Source of the DNA: Negaprion brevirostris
Taxonomy: Eukaryota
Direction of reading: 5' to 3'
Assembly (NCBI GenBank): GCA_030324005.1
Contig: JARDVH010000150.1
Location: forward strand, 23,565,882 to 23,629,881
Length of the DNA stretch: 64,000 bases
Shown: positions 50,707-64,000 of the stretch, piece by piece
Numbering within the stretch: the stretch's first letter is position 1
How the letters are laid out: each line of letters begins with the position of its first letter
The notes under the pieces: generated by a model
The model's input: the letters and a program-made list of their open reading frames with translations, nothing else
Told to the model about the DNA's origin: nothing
The model's database searches: none
Made by a program: the position numbers and the translations under genes

Positions 50707-53700
50707 GTGGGATTTCAGTTGGAGCTTTTGCTAGTTTACCCCAGTCCAACGCCAGCAACACAGCCATATGGACTCCTTGGCTACAGAGAATTGTGTCTCT
50801 ACCAATAATTGTTCTGGCCCCAATTACCATTACATTCTTAACAGTAAGCAACCAACCTTCCTGGGAGGGATAATCAGGGCCATTTGTTCACTGTTTTGGA
50901 ACACCTGATTGATCAATTTTGCATCCAAATGTTTAATGAGCTCCAGTCTGATGTAGGCTTCAATCGTTATGAATGCAAACTCAAGGCAATGGCTATTTAA
51001 TAGTTAAGAGCAAATTACACGGATGCTGGAATTTGAAACCAAAAGAGAAGATGCTGGAAAATCTAAGCAGGCCTGGCAGCATCTGTAAGGAGAGAAAAGA
51101 GCTGACATTTCCAGTCCAGATGACCCTTTGTCAAAGCTTTGACAAAATTTTCTTTTTTAGTATTTAATGGTTAATGTTTGGTGACATTATGTAAGAACGT
51201 TGTACAAATCACCCTCATAACGCAAGTGCTGTTTATATGACATGGGATTCCTGTCTAAGCATTGCACAATTTGGTCCTGTTTTCTATAGAAATCATAAAC
51301 CATTAGCTTTGTGAATGAGCTTTGGTGATAATCAGCAGCCCGTAGTGGTATCCACACATTTCCTTTCCTCAAAAAGAGATGCACCCCAAATCAAATAAAA
51401 TTGCTATCAAATCCAAAATCAAATTTAAAAAAAGAATTTTCATGGGATGTGGGTGTAGCTAAGCCAGTATTTGTTGTCCATCTCTAATTGCCCTTAAACT
51501 GAATGGCTTGCTGCTAGGCTATTTAAGAGGACATTTAAGTGTTAACCACACTGCTGTGAGTCTGGAGTAACATGGAGGCCAGACCATTTAAGGATGGCAG
51601 ATTTCCTTCCCTAAAGAACATTAGTGAACCAGATAGATTTTTACAACAGTCAACAATGGTTTCATAATTCTCATTAGACTTTAATTCCTGATTTTCTTAT
51701 TAAATGCAAATTTCACCATCTGCCATGGTGGAATTTGAACCCAGGTCTCCAGAGCATTACACTGGGGGTGGGATTTTCTCACCACAAGACTGGAAAATCC
51801 CACCCAAGGTCAATGGACCATTGCATGGTCAGTGTCCCGCCTTCTACAATTCCCGTGGCAGGCGGGACAGTAAAATTCCACCCCGACTCTTTGAACTAGT
51901 AGTTCAGTGACAATATCGTTAAGCCACCGCCTCCACCAATATCAAATGGTTAAATTACGAGAAACTTAGTCCAGAATCTTACCACCATCCATACCAGTGG
52001 AATTGTCCCATCCCGTGCAGTGAACGGAGATTTGGCTGGCCACCAAATTCTCCACCTTCACTGCAGTGTGACAGAGGCATGAACAGCTGGTAAGATCATG
52101 CCTTTATCCTTTCCATTTTTACATAATCCACTGCCCTTTCCTTTGAGCATGACCCACAGTGATAGAGGCCTCAAATTTCAGGCAGCCTTCACTTTATTAT
52201 TCATCTGAACCTGCTAGGCAGCAGGACACCTGACATAAAGAAAGGCTATCCACTGTGACGTAAGATGGATTTGAAATGTCCATCAGCTATTCTTGAACTG
52301 TCACTCTACAGTTTCTTCCTGGACCGATTTTTAAAATTTTCCTTATAACATCATAAAATGTCCCAAGCTTTATAGCATTAATTTGCAAGCTTGATCCATT
52401 GACCACATAAACGGGGTATTAGACCCTATAGACCACCTACCGTACTGATCGTCCACATTCTATTTGCAGTAAAATTTAATGGTTTTTGCACAACTGAACA
52501 GAATATATATATATATACATATATGTGCATTTTTCTTTTGTAAATGCTGCAAATAAATTATTAATCCATGCCAGAAACAAAAATGTGGACATTTTCCTAT
52601 TACAAACATTAAATCACAAGAGAATGTGCTTAGATGCGAACATGATGAGATGCATCATAAAATTATCACAGTCATCTTCTTCTGGGAACCAAATTTTTTT
52701 TCCATTAATCAAGCAAAATTAATGGTAACTTAAATCTTGTTTGTAAAGCTAAATTGTTGTTGCTCATGCTTATGACAACTTGAGAGCCAGTCTAGTTCTG
52801 TGACGATACTTGGAGATGAGGGTTCTTAACTGTTCTTTTGTGCAGCCTTGGCTGTGGTGTTGTGCATCAGTCAGCTGCATCTTTGACTTGCCTACTGGCT
52901 ACCTGGAGGGCTCTCACTGACCACAGCCTATACTTTGAGAATCACTGCTTCATAGGAAGTGTAAGAAGACGAATACTCAATACTGAGCCAAAGAAGGAGG
53001 AAACAGGACAGGTGACTGAAAGCTTGGTCTAAGAGATTTGTGGGGTGCCTTAAAGGAAGACAGAGATGTAGAAAGTGTTGTAGAATCCTTCCAGTGCAAA
53101 AGGAGGCCATTTGGTCCATTGAGTTTGCACCAACTGGTCGAAAGAGCATCTTACCAAGGCCCACCTCCTCACCCTATCCACATAACTCTGCGCATTTACC
53201 ATGGTTAATCCACACATCCCTGGACACTAAGGGGCAATTTAAAATGGCCAACCCACCTTATCTGCACATCTTTGGAGGAAACAGTAGCAACCGGAGAAAA
53301 CATATGCAGACATGGGGAGAATGTACTAACTCCATGCAGATGGTCACCCAAGGGTGGAAGTGAAACGGGTCTCTGGCATTGTGAGGCAGCAATGCTAAGC
53401 ACTGTGCCACCATGCTGCCCAAAAGGCACCTTACTCTGGCTGCACAGGGGGTTAAGGGCACATGGATGACCGCTCCCCCTCCAAGATGGGTAAAGAACAG
53501 AAGTAGAAATCCTGCAGACCCTGTTGATCCTTTCACTCAATTTCAAAACGTTTGCCTGCATCAGGGTTTTGTTATTGAAGCTGAAATCCTGAGTGTGCAA
53601 TTCAATTTCAGCTCACAGAACAGGAAGTGGGACGTCTGACAGTCAATCTACAGCAGCCCTGCATTGTATTGTCACTGAAATTTTCACCCCCAATGCCCCA

Positions 53701-56700
53701 GTGATCAAACCCTTCAAACCTCCAATCCCAATATGATTGATCCCATTGTATTGCCTTTAAGCTGCATCATTTTGCAATTCCCACCCCACTCACAAACACA
53801 CACCCAGAACCTATGCAGTGGTGACCACAGACAGTGCTGCCTGACAAGTCCTGAGGCTGCAGCACTGCCACTTCAGAGAGATTCCAGCCCATCCCCCACC
53901 TGCAACAGTGCAACTGCACAAGGACCCAGAGTCAGTGCCAAGACCCGAGGTCAGCATTCTGAGCCGGGTCCATGCTGAGAGTCTGAGGTTGGACCCTGAG
54001 CAACAACAGTCCCCTTCCCCCACCCCCATACACTTGCAGGCACCCCCCCCCCTGCCAACCAAGATACAACATGGCCACCACGAAACAAGCCTCTCTGAAC
54101 AGCAAGGAGCAGTTTGAACATGGAGACTTTCCTCCTAGTTCACCCTTCCTGCTGAAATGCCAGAATCCTACTTTTGCTGGAGGAGGTGTTTTCCTGACCA
54201 ATTCAGCTGCAACAAATTAAGGCAGGTGAGCTGGGATGATTGGGAGTGAAACTCACTAATGACATCATGATGAATGCAATAAAATGCAAACTGATGTTTA
54301 ACCCGTTTTGGGTGCCGATTTTTTTTGGTAAAATAGGAGTGGGAGCAAAAATAGGCACCATTCCCACTAGTCACATCGCACTCAATATTACGCCTTTCTT
54401 CATCACAAAACTGGCGCAATCCTGCAATTGGACAATACTTACAAAACAATCCTGATTTTGCTAAGAATTACACTGAAAACCAATTTAAGATTATTAGCCA
54501 GCTCGCAATGTGGCTCATTTTTGCTTGTTAGAAGCCACGCGTTCATACACACAGGCCCTGTCCTTTGCATACAGAAGGAGTATGTCCATGCATTGCACTT
54601 TTTTCAAATAAACTGGAAGCCACCTTGTAGCACAGTGGTAATGCTCCTACAACAAATGGTTAGCACTGCTGGCTCACAGCGCCAGGGACCCAGGTTCAGT
54701 TCCAGCCTCAGGTCACTGTGTGGAGTTTGCACATTCTCCCCATGTCTATGTGGGTTTCCTCTGGGTGCTCCGGTTTCTTCCCACAGTCCAAAGATGTGCT
54801 GTTAGGTTGATTGGCCGTGCTAAATTGACCCTCGTGTCAGGAAAATCAGCAGGGTAAATAATGTTGGGTTATGGGGATAGGGCCTGGGTGGAATTGTGGT
54901 CAGTGCAGACTTGATTGGCCAAATGGCCACTTCTGCACTGTAGGGATTCTATCTTCTACCACTGGACCAGAAGCCCTGGGTTCAAATCTAATGTGGAGAT
55001 GCCAGCGTTGCACTGGGGTAAACACAGTAAGAAGTCTGACAACACCAGGTTTAAGTCCAACCGATTTATTTGATAGTAAACTCACAAGNNNNNNNNNNNN
55101 NNNNNNNNNNNNNNNNNNNNNNNNNNNNNNNNNNNNNNNNNNNNNNNNNNNNNNNNNNNNNNNNNNNNNNNNNNNNNNNNNNNNNNNNTGTCTTTATCGG
55201 CGGGGCATTGAGTTTAAAAATTGGCAAGTCATGTTGCAGCTTTATAGGACCTTAATTAGGCCACACTTGGAACAGTGTTCAATTCTGGTCACCACACTAC
55301 CAGAAGGGTGTGGAGGCTTTGGGTAGAGTACAGAAAAGATTTATTTTCCTGACTCAGGCAACAGCAGCTCCAATGTTTGGGTGCAAGAGAAACAAGGGAA
55401 AAGGAGGACATTAGCTGCCATAAAGCAGACAAGTTTATTGGGACACATTGAAAAGACCAGGGACAAGACAAATGTCTAAGGGTAGGGGAGTTGTCCATAC
55501 ATCAGCGGCTTGGCAGTGTGGGGATTGCTCTTGGTCTTTAAATAGTTATTCTTAGTGCTTTTATTTCGAACCCTTTGAGTAACTATTAGTATAAAACCAT
55601 CTGAAATTAAAGCAATTAAAAATAAATGCTTTAACAGCTAGATCCCAGTACAGCAAATGGGAAGTTGGTGCTTCTTAAATTGTTGGTTTAGAGGACCTCA
55701 TGGGAGGTTTGCCAATACATAGTGGGTAGCCAGGAAGTCATGGGTCATTATTCCATAAATCAGTTATAGAAGTGCTTAGCCATTGAAGAGTTTTCATTGA
55801 AGTCAACAACAAGTAGAAGTCAAAAGCAAATGTACCATTGGCCAAGTAGGTATTGATGCCAAGAGGCTAAAATCTTACCTTATGAATTGATAGGTTTTTT
55901 AGAATCAATGCAAGGTGCATCATTTAAATTCTCCTAGGAATGTAGAAATTACATTTAGTTTAATATGCATCCTAAATATTTGAATATTCTAATAATCAGG
56001 ATAGTTGTTTAACCAGATTAGTACAATGCCCAAAGCAGTCCAGATTAATGTGGAATTCTACTGCTAATCAGTTTATGCACATGTCAGCATTAAAAATGTG
56101 ACTCAGCCCTGTAACACACCCTCATGTTCTAGATAGAAAAGGCATTAGGTTAACTNNNNNNNNNNNNNNNNNNNNNNNNNNNNNNNNNNNNNNNNNNNNN
56201 NNNNNNNNNNNNNNNNNNNNNNNNNNNNNNNNNNGGTTAACTAGACTTCCCAATAACTTCTCAGGCTAGCAAAAGCAAAGCATGGCAAAATTAAAGATGA
56301 CTTTAAAACTGTGGATTCTAGAAGTCTCAGCAACCGTTTCAGATCCGTGACCTTTCATTTGAACAGATGACACTTAAGACTTGAACCAACTTGTTTTTCT
56401 CTGCAGATGCTGCACAATCAGTTAAGTATTTCCAGTTTGTACATTAGTATTTTGACTTTTTTTAAAAAGTGATCAGTTTGGAGGGAATGTCATCAAGAAC
56501 TGTACAAAGGCACTTAGTTTCATAAGGAGTTAAAGAACAAAACACTGCACTAGGTGAAAACAGCATCATTTGACTCAAGGACCACTGACTTCCCTCTTCT
56601 ATTGGGATAAGGATACAAAAGGCCGAGGTCACATACCAACTGACTCAAGAACACAGTTTCTTCCCTGCTGCAGTCAGACTTTTGAATATACCTACCTTAA

Positions 56701-58797
56701 ACTAACCTATGAGTGTAACATTACATTCTGCACCCTCTCCTTCTCCATCTACAGTATGCTTTGTTTGTATAGCACAAGAAACAATATTTTTCACTGTATA
56801 ATACATGACAAATCAAATTTTATTTGGATGGGGGCATGGAGAGAAAAGACAGGTTAGTATTTGCATACTGATCCAGTCCTATAAAAAGGCAAATAAGGTA
56901 ACACTATAGCATTGTTGTAATAAAGTTGTCATATGTGTGCATCAAATCTGCAAGTTAAATTTTAAAGCCTGAAACATTGGATTACCATAATAATCAATGC
57001 TATAAAAGAGAGACATCATTAGCATCTTAATCACATTGTAACCTTTTATAGTCAACTCTTGTTCAAAGCAGATAAGAGAATGTCAAATATTTGGTACCAT
57101 ACTTATGCCAGAGATTTCAGGTTGCGACAACTTTTACTTTAGAAGCCATACTAAGTAACTTCATTGCCGTGTTAAACCTAAACCTTGTGTCTAATAAACA
57201 AATTTACAAAACCTCTGAACAGCAGTTCTCAATATTCTGCCAACAGGGACAGATTCAGATAATTTAGGATTGTGGAGCAAAATCAGAGAGAACACTGACC
57301 AAGATGTCTGGCTACACAGTGTTAAAAACAAGCAAACCAAAAACAGTGTCTAGAAAAATCTCCCCTGAACAGGTAGAGTGTCTTCCTCAGGCTTTTCCAC
57401 TGGAAGGACTGCCATTACTCCAAATAGTGTAAAGAGAGATTTTGTTACCCAATTCAAAATTTCTCCATCNNNNNNNNNNTTCTTACCTCATGGCAATTAC
57501 AGTTCCCAATTTCCACTTCCAGGTCTGTCTCAGTAACATTTCGTTCCCTATGTTCCTCACTGACTTCCTCAGAATCTGCACTGTATTTGCTTGGCTAAAC
57601 AGAATTGCAAATGCAAAAATGTTTAAAAATGAAATCAACTGCCACCCAAAAAAAAGTGCAAACTTGAGGGGACAAAACAGCACAATTAACTAAAATGCTG
57701 AAAACAAGCGGCTTTTAAATTCAAATGTCATTTCTACATAATCATGTTTAGAAAACCAAAATGGATATTTCCTTTTGCTGGCTTCCAAATTGTCTTAACA
57801 AAATTAATCAGTGGGGCTTTTACAGATATTGATGTGCTACTGAAACGTCTCAATTGCATTAAATTGGAAAAATGGGTCATTTTGCAAAATTATCACTGGA
57901 GTGTCAATGCACAAACAGAATCTTTGCAGCAATGCTGCATCTTACTGACAGCCCACCTTACGGTAATAATTTTACAAATTGATGCTAAACTCTTCGACCT
58001 CAGCAAGCTGGAGGCTTGAGAACAACTATTTTGGTAACAGAAATATGGTGTGCTGATGATGCACAAGATAATGCTTACTCTGAAGGCCTATACAATAGAT
58101 CTAAGCTTATGAGAGCGTGGGACTTGCCCAGAACATCAAGAAGATCAAGTACCTGACCAATCTAAACATAACAATGAATCTCAAATGTAGGCATTGGATT
58201 TCAAATGTTAGTAAATGTACTGTGCTTTCCATATCTTAAATGCTATCAATCCCAAAACAGCTAATCTTTTAACACCAAACATGAAATCTGAGCTAACATC
58301 AAGTTACATATTCTAGCATGAGAACTGATATTATGCCTGTCAAAGTCCATCAGGCTCTCCCCACATTTCTAGTGCTGAAGTTGGTCAACTTGAAGATACC
58401 ATAAATATCCAAGGACATCAACACATTTGTTCATTAATTCTACATGGCAGTGCCAAAAGGCAGGATAATCTCATCATTGGAGTGTCTGACTAAGACAGTC
58501 TAAATAGATGATATGTGCCACAGAGCTGCACCAGGGAGTCAATTCACACAAGGCCAAAGAAAACATTTAAAAAGAATAATCTTCAGTAAAGGTCTGCTCT
58601 ATTACCAACATGTGGGAAACTAAAGACGACTTGTGACAAAATCATCCAGGACCTTCTAATCAATAATAGCAGCCACTAAGGGAGAACAGGGAGAGAAATG
58701 AAAAGGAGCAGTCAATCATCTCAGCAGGCTAAGAACTGATGTGCCCTCATGGGGGAATGGGGGGACCTGATAGAACAAGACACTTGCAGATGGCTTA

Positions 58798-59195
58798 CAA
58801 GTCTCAACATCAGGTTAAAGGCCAACAGGTTATTTAGTAGCAAATGCCACTGGCTTTCAGAACACTTGCTGCTCCTTTGTCAGGTGAGTGGGAGTTCTGT
58901 TCACAAACAGGGCACAGAAAGACAAACTCAATTTACAAACAATAATGGTTGGAATGAGAATCTTTACAAGTCTTTACTTAATGACCTATAAAAGACTTAC
59001 ATTCCAACCATTATTTTGTAAATTGAGTTTGTGTCTTTCTATGCCCTGTTTGTGAACAGACCTCTCACTCACCTGACAAAGGAGCAGCAAGTGCTCCAAA
59101 AGCTAGTGGCTTTTGCTACCAAATAAACTTGGACTTTAACCTGGTGTTGAGAGACCTCTTGCCGTGTTTACGCCAGTTCAATGCCAGCATCTCCA
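58798..59195. repeat. Fold-back (inverted) Penelope-like terminal repeat pair
   Basis: Arms of ~170-190 bp are reverse complements around ~58980. Same family at 14280-14800, 33788-34027, 50575-50760 and 54990-55088. Confidence 0.75.
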
Positions 59196-60129
59196 CTCCT
59201 AGAAACTGGCCAGACTTTACATTGCTTACCACTTGGTGTCTTGTTCTCTGAAGCAATTTCTCACTTTATGCCTGGAGAGATTTAGTTCTACCTAATATTG
59301 GCTGGGAGGACATTTATAGGCAACATTACACAGAGGATTGCTCAAGAATAGCTGGTATACAAAACAGAAATGCCCACACTACAAGGTTCCTGTGTCTTTG
59401 TTGTCTAAATAGAAATGATGTTTTCAACACTGCAATAGCAAAGTTCTTCATCATGCTTCCCATGAAAATAAAAATTCTCCAAAAAGAAATCAGGTAATAA
59501 TACTTCAGGGGGCAATAACTTTTGTGCAAATGTTGCTGCCTCCTTCACTCCTAACATTTTCTCCCCACCATCTCACAGGAACCTAGTTTGATTTTTTGTT
59601 TAAAAAAATCACCACAAAAGAACGTTTAGCACAGATAGGAAAAATGATCACAACTTGGATTGTTTGCAGATGACCAACTTTTCCTTGACTGGAAGTGCAT
59701 ATTTCATTCCTGGTCTGTCAAGAAATGCTAACAAAATGGGCATGATTAGATGCAACTTGGCTGAGGCAGGATCTCAGTCGGAGATACTGTCCACAAGGTC
59801 GAACATGAAACCCATTTTAACAATAAAATGTACAAATTGCAAAATCAGAAATAAGGTTTCCTTTTCAGGAAGGAATGGAAAGGCAAACCAAAGGAAACTT
59901 AGAGATTAATTGCTGCTGTTGCTTTGCATTTTCTCCACTCTCTGCACATGATCAAGTCATTAAGTAATAGCATGGAGAATACTATTGTGTAAACATGTAC
60001 AAGCGTCTAGAGAAGGGATTGAGGGAACATAACTTGTAAATATGACAAGAAAATTAGACATACAAGTTATAAGACCATAAGACATAGGAGCAGAATTAGG
60101 CCACTCAGTCATTCAATCATGCTGATTTT

Positions 60130-60800
60130 CTCAAACCCAGTTGGAATGGATGGATAGATGGCAAATTAAGTTTAATGCAGAGAAGCGTGACATGCATTTT
60201 GGCAAGTAAGGGATGCAGGAGCAGACAGACTTGGCTGTATCTGAACATAGATCATTGAAGGTGGCAGGACAGTCAGGGAGAACTGTTAAAACACACAGTA
60301 TCCTGAATTTTATTAATAGGGATACAAGAGTACAAAACCAAGAGGTTATGCTGAATTTATACCAAGACTTCAGCTGAATTATTAGGAAGGACATGACATA
60401 TTGTAGATAGTGCAAAAAGAGGGTTACAAGAATGGTTCTATGAATGAGAAACTTCCAGTTATGTGATAGATTGGGTGAGGTTGGTACAAAGAGGTGGTTT
60501 AATAGAAATGAGCTAAACAATATACAGATAGGGAGAAACTGATCCTGCTTGTAAAGGAACAACAAGAGGGCATAGATTTTAAGGTGACTAGCAAAAGCAG
60601 TAAATGTGGTGAGAAAAACCACACTGAGTGGTTCAGGACCAAATGCACTTCCAGTAAGTGCGGAGGCAAGTTCCACTGGGACATTCTATGATATTTGAAT
60701 AGAAGCAATGTGCAGGAAAAGACACTAAGTCATAATGCTCAAAGAGCCAATACAGACATTATGGAACAAATGGTTCCTTTGACACTAAAATCTGTGATTC
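60130..60800 (+). mobile_element. Degenerate CR1 3' fragment
   Basis: ...DRWQIKFNAEK...HFG motifs. Other CR1 pieces at 10625-10900, 25740-25925, 31480-31865, 37380-37800, 48430-49010 and 55189-55345. Confidence 0.7.
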
Positions 60801-61739
60801 TAAATGAAGCATTTTATGATTAGGCCCTAGCAAGAACATATTGGATTAAAATCATTTGACTAGAGAAAGGGACTTAACTTATAAGGCTAGTTACATTTAC
60901 AGGCCAATTCATAGTTGAACAATGGAAAGCACAAGTTCACTTTCTTCAAATTTCACACAATTGAGCAACTTTTACAACCAATCTGTTCTTTCACCCTGCA
61001 GACACTTGTCTGCATGTTACTACTAAACTAAATTCACAATTTGGCATGATTAAATTTGAGATCAACCTCTGGACTGGCATCGCAACCACTGTAGTACCAT
61101 ATTATAGCTTTCTGAAGACCAGATAAAACCAAATTTGGCTCTAACGTGTCTCGATCAAGGCAAGATATCTCAGTCAGATGAAGCTGGTACTGAAGCACAG
61201 CTCCCTTTCTGCTTCTAAGTAAAGGTATTGGATAGTCAGGTACAGGTACCCATTTTACTCATGTTGAAATATCTTAAATCACAATGGCAATGAGAACACA
61301 AGGGTCATAAAGGTTCCCTTTTCAAGGAGGAACATTAAGGAACAGAGCTCCTCTCCCATGTTCACATCCACTAACCTTCTTGCAGTGTTAGTATCATTCA
61401 AGGATGGAGCCAGAATGCCCCTGATAATGCCTGGACTTGTTCCAGCTCAGTATACTCCAATGGAACATACCACCCTCAGGGAGAAAGCAAACACATGCAA
61501 CTTGATTGCACATACAATTTTGCAAATTCAAAATAAGTCATAGACCCCCTATACTACAGAAGGACGACATTTGGCCTATCAAGTCTGTATCAACCACAAA
61601 CCCACCCATGCCCTATTCCGTAACCCCACACATTTNNNNNNNNNNNNNNNNNNNCCTGACAAGTTAGGGTCAATTTAGCATGGCCAACCTAACCCACTCA
61701 TCTGGGCTATGGGATAAACCAGAGCAATTATCTTAATAC

Positions 61740-61880
61740 CTCATACTGAATCATCCACTGAATCATCATCAGGTAGATCACACGTCAAAGATTCAACCCA
61801 GCAGAGTTCTTCTTCAGCTAAATCATCTTGTTTTCTTTTCATTCCTTTGCCACATGGTTTATTAGGTGATGATCTTAGTT
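61740..61880 (-). pseudogene. org: Exon resembling teleost oogenesis-related (org) protein, with terminal frameshift/stop
   Basis: tttgtgtttcag|AA acceptor. (E)LRSSPNKPCGKGMKRKQDDLAEEELCWVESLTCDLPDDDSVDDSV*, followed by gtatt donor. The SPxKPCGKGxKRKQDDL...WVE motif is recalled from org; not database-checked. Confidence 0.6.
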
Positions 61881-63002
61881 CTGAAACACAAAGTTATAAT
61901 ACAGAAATGCACTTGTGCAACTTGTTAATATTCAGAGGCAGACAGTAGTTTCATATGCAAGTCAGAAGCAGTGTTTGTACTAAGACTTCTAATTCAATTT
62001 TGTTTCGTACTCCTGAATTTGGAATCTGTAGAACGTGAATCAGGTTTTCTGTTACAAGATTTTAAAGATAGAGATCTGCACTGTCCCAATGCAAGACTTT
62101 AAGTGTCCCTAGCCCAAAGCGTCGTTTCATCATTTGCCTATGCCACGAAAAACAAAAATATGGTTAAGTAGTGACAGCCAAGTTTAGGCCTTCAGAAATA
62201 AGCTTCATTTGCTTTGACGGGTGAACAATTGCAACAACAAAAAAAAAGGAGAAAGGAAGCTTGAAACACTTCTGCAGAAAATATTCTAAAGTAGGCACTA
62301 TATTGCAGGCTGAAAGTGCAAAACTTTCAAACAGAAAAATTTCATTTCACCAATGCTGCCTTTTTTCCAGAAAGAGCTTTAGTCCATTTTTAAAAATTTG
62401 TCACGTTAGTTAGAAGGGCTGTAAAATCTGCTACTCATTTCAAGAGAATTTTCTCACCTTCATGCAAGATTTGTAAAATCAACTAGTTTACAAATATAGC
62501 CAGCTAAAGATGATAATCAAAGTACAAGAAACCACAGAAACAATAGGGCTTAAGAATGGAGTATAACAGCAGTGTAGACTCCAGTAAGAAAGAAAATTCT
62601 CAAAGAGAAAAGCCAGCAAACTGTGCAAAGAAAGAGAACCAGCAGCAATTGTAAAATAGGGTAGAGCTCTGTTCTTCTGGAATAAGAAACAGTGAAATGT
62701 AGTTTATTTAATTTTATGACTCAAACATGTCAGATAGAATGTGACTTTGCTAGAAGCCTTAAGCTGCTAGTTGCATTTGTTCTACAAAAGAGCTATCTGA
62801 AGAAACAAATGATAAAGAGATCTACAATATTCTGTTCAAATTTGCAGAGCAAGGGAAAAACTGGAACCACAAATAATTGTTTTCTTCACAACAACCTCAG
62901 TGAAACAATTTTGTACAAGGACAATCAATGTATAAAGGCATTTTCTTAGTTGCACCAAAATTGTTTTCACAAAACAGCCTGAATAGAAGCCAAAATTCCA
63001 AC

Positions 63003-63240
63003 CGAGACAAAACAAATTCCCAATACTCTTGCACAGATGCTCATCCAAGAATCTCAAGGACGAAGTCACAATGCTGACAATAGCAAGATCCCAGTGGTAA
63101 AATACTCCCTTTTAGGGCAAGTTTTAGGTTGTGTCCCCCATGATGTGGCCAAAAAAAGCCTTCTGGGAAACTCACTGCTCGTTAGTACAGTGAAAGAGTA
63201 GCTGCGAAGGGCCAGATGTACACCTTTCTTCTCAATTAGA
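63003..63240 (-). pseudogene. Possible degraded upstream org-like exon
   Basis: Fragments RKVYIWPFAA..., EILG, CKSIGN... ending in phase 1, which is compatible with exon 61740-61880. Requires frameshifts. Confidence 0.3.
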
Positions 63241-63395
63241 GGGAAGCAGAACAGAGCGTAAAAAGATGCAAACTGATTTTTAAGCACACTAGTTGTACTG
63301 CAATGTTCAGGAGAAAAAAAAACATCTCTTTCGCAAAGATCTTGTTAAATACAGTTTAAAATAAGAGGGGGAGGGAAGCGGGGGGAGGGAAACTG

Positions 63396-63626
63396 TAACC
63401 CTAACCCTGACCCCTGACCCTGAACCCCAATCCCTGACCCCTAACCCTGACCCTAATTGGCTAACCCTAACCCTAACTGGCTAACCCTAACCCCAATGCA
63501 GGGCCCTAACCCTAACCCCAATGCAGGGCCCTATCCCTAACCCCAATGCAGGGCCCTAACCCCAATGCAGAGCCCTAACCCTCTAACTCCAACCCGAATC
63601 CTAACCCTAATACCTAACCGTAACCC
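63396..63626. repeat. Degenerate (CCCTAA)n telomere-like array with 25-bp higher-order unit
   Basis: taaccc/tgaccc variants. AACCCTAACCCCAATGCAGGGCCCT occurs about 4 times from 63483. Confidence 0.9.
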
Positions 63627-63755
63627 AGATGGTGAAAGAGGGTGGGGGCGGAGGGANNNNNNNNNNNNNNNNNNNNNNNNNNNNNNNNNNNNNNNNNNNN
63701 NNNNNNNNNNNNNNNNNNNNNNNNNNNNNNNNNNNNNNNNNNNNNNNNNNNNNNN

Positions 63756-64000
63756 NGAGAGCATAAGATTGATATAGAATGCATTGGAACTGGCGATTTT
63801 ACCTGCCTTCTCGTAGCCTGTTGCGTCTTGCAAATCTTGCCATAGTCAGCAGGAATTTGTGGGGCTAGTCTGCGATTCCAGCTTCATCTGGTACTGTCTT
63901 TTGGCATCTTTGGATCTTTGTATGTCATATCTGGCTTGCTTGTATAGGTCAGGGTCACCTAACTTGAATATCTCAGACCTGGACTTCAGTAGACAGCGGA
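63756..64000 (-). mobile_element. Rex1/Babar-type LINE ORF fragment
   Basis: LLKSRSEIFKLGDPDLYKQARYDIQRS...AKRQYQMKLESQ...LWQDLQDATGY, typical of the region upstream of the RT. Confidence 0.7.

Noticed and set aside
60131-60676. 181-aa hydrophobic minus-strand ORF
   Set aside because: Antisense of a decayed CR1 fragment.
63483-63580. CRISPR-like array
   Set aside because: Tandem units with no unique spacers, in a eukaryotic context.

Overview
Repeat-rich vertebrate DNA with many N gaps. The HE1/V-SINE-type SINEs and CR1, Rex/Babar, RTE and Penelope-like remnants point to an elasmobranch (shark). No intact protein-coding gene was found. The main feature is hidden from the ORF track: a very large, decayed multi-exon gene on the minus strand, running from at least ~46-48 kb to beyond position 1. 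I trace about 25 exon blocks with mostly canonical AG/GT boundaries and compatible phases. By my manual tally they hold roughly 16-17 kb of former coding sequence (>5,000 codons). The exons carry many stops, small indels and transposon insertions, and removing the insertions restores the reading frame. I cannot assign the protein to a known family. The window also has a decayed exon resembling teleost oogenesis-related (org), a tRNA-Pro-like pseudogene with a 14-nt insert at the canonical intron site, Penelope-like terminal repeats with a minimal hammerhead ribozyme core, and a telomere-like array with a 25-bp higher-order unit. Exon reconstructions were done by eye and some frames and boundaries are ambiguous.
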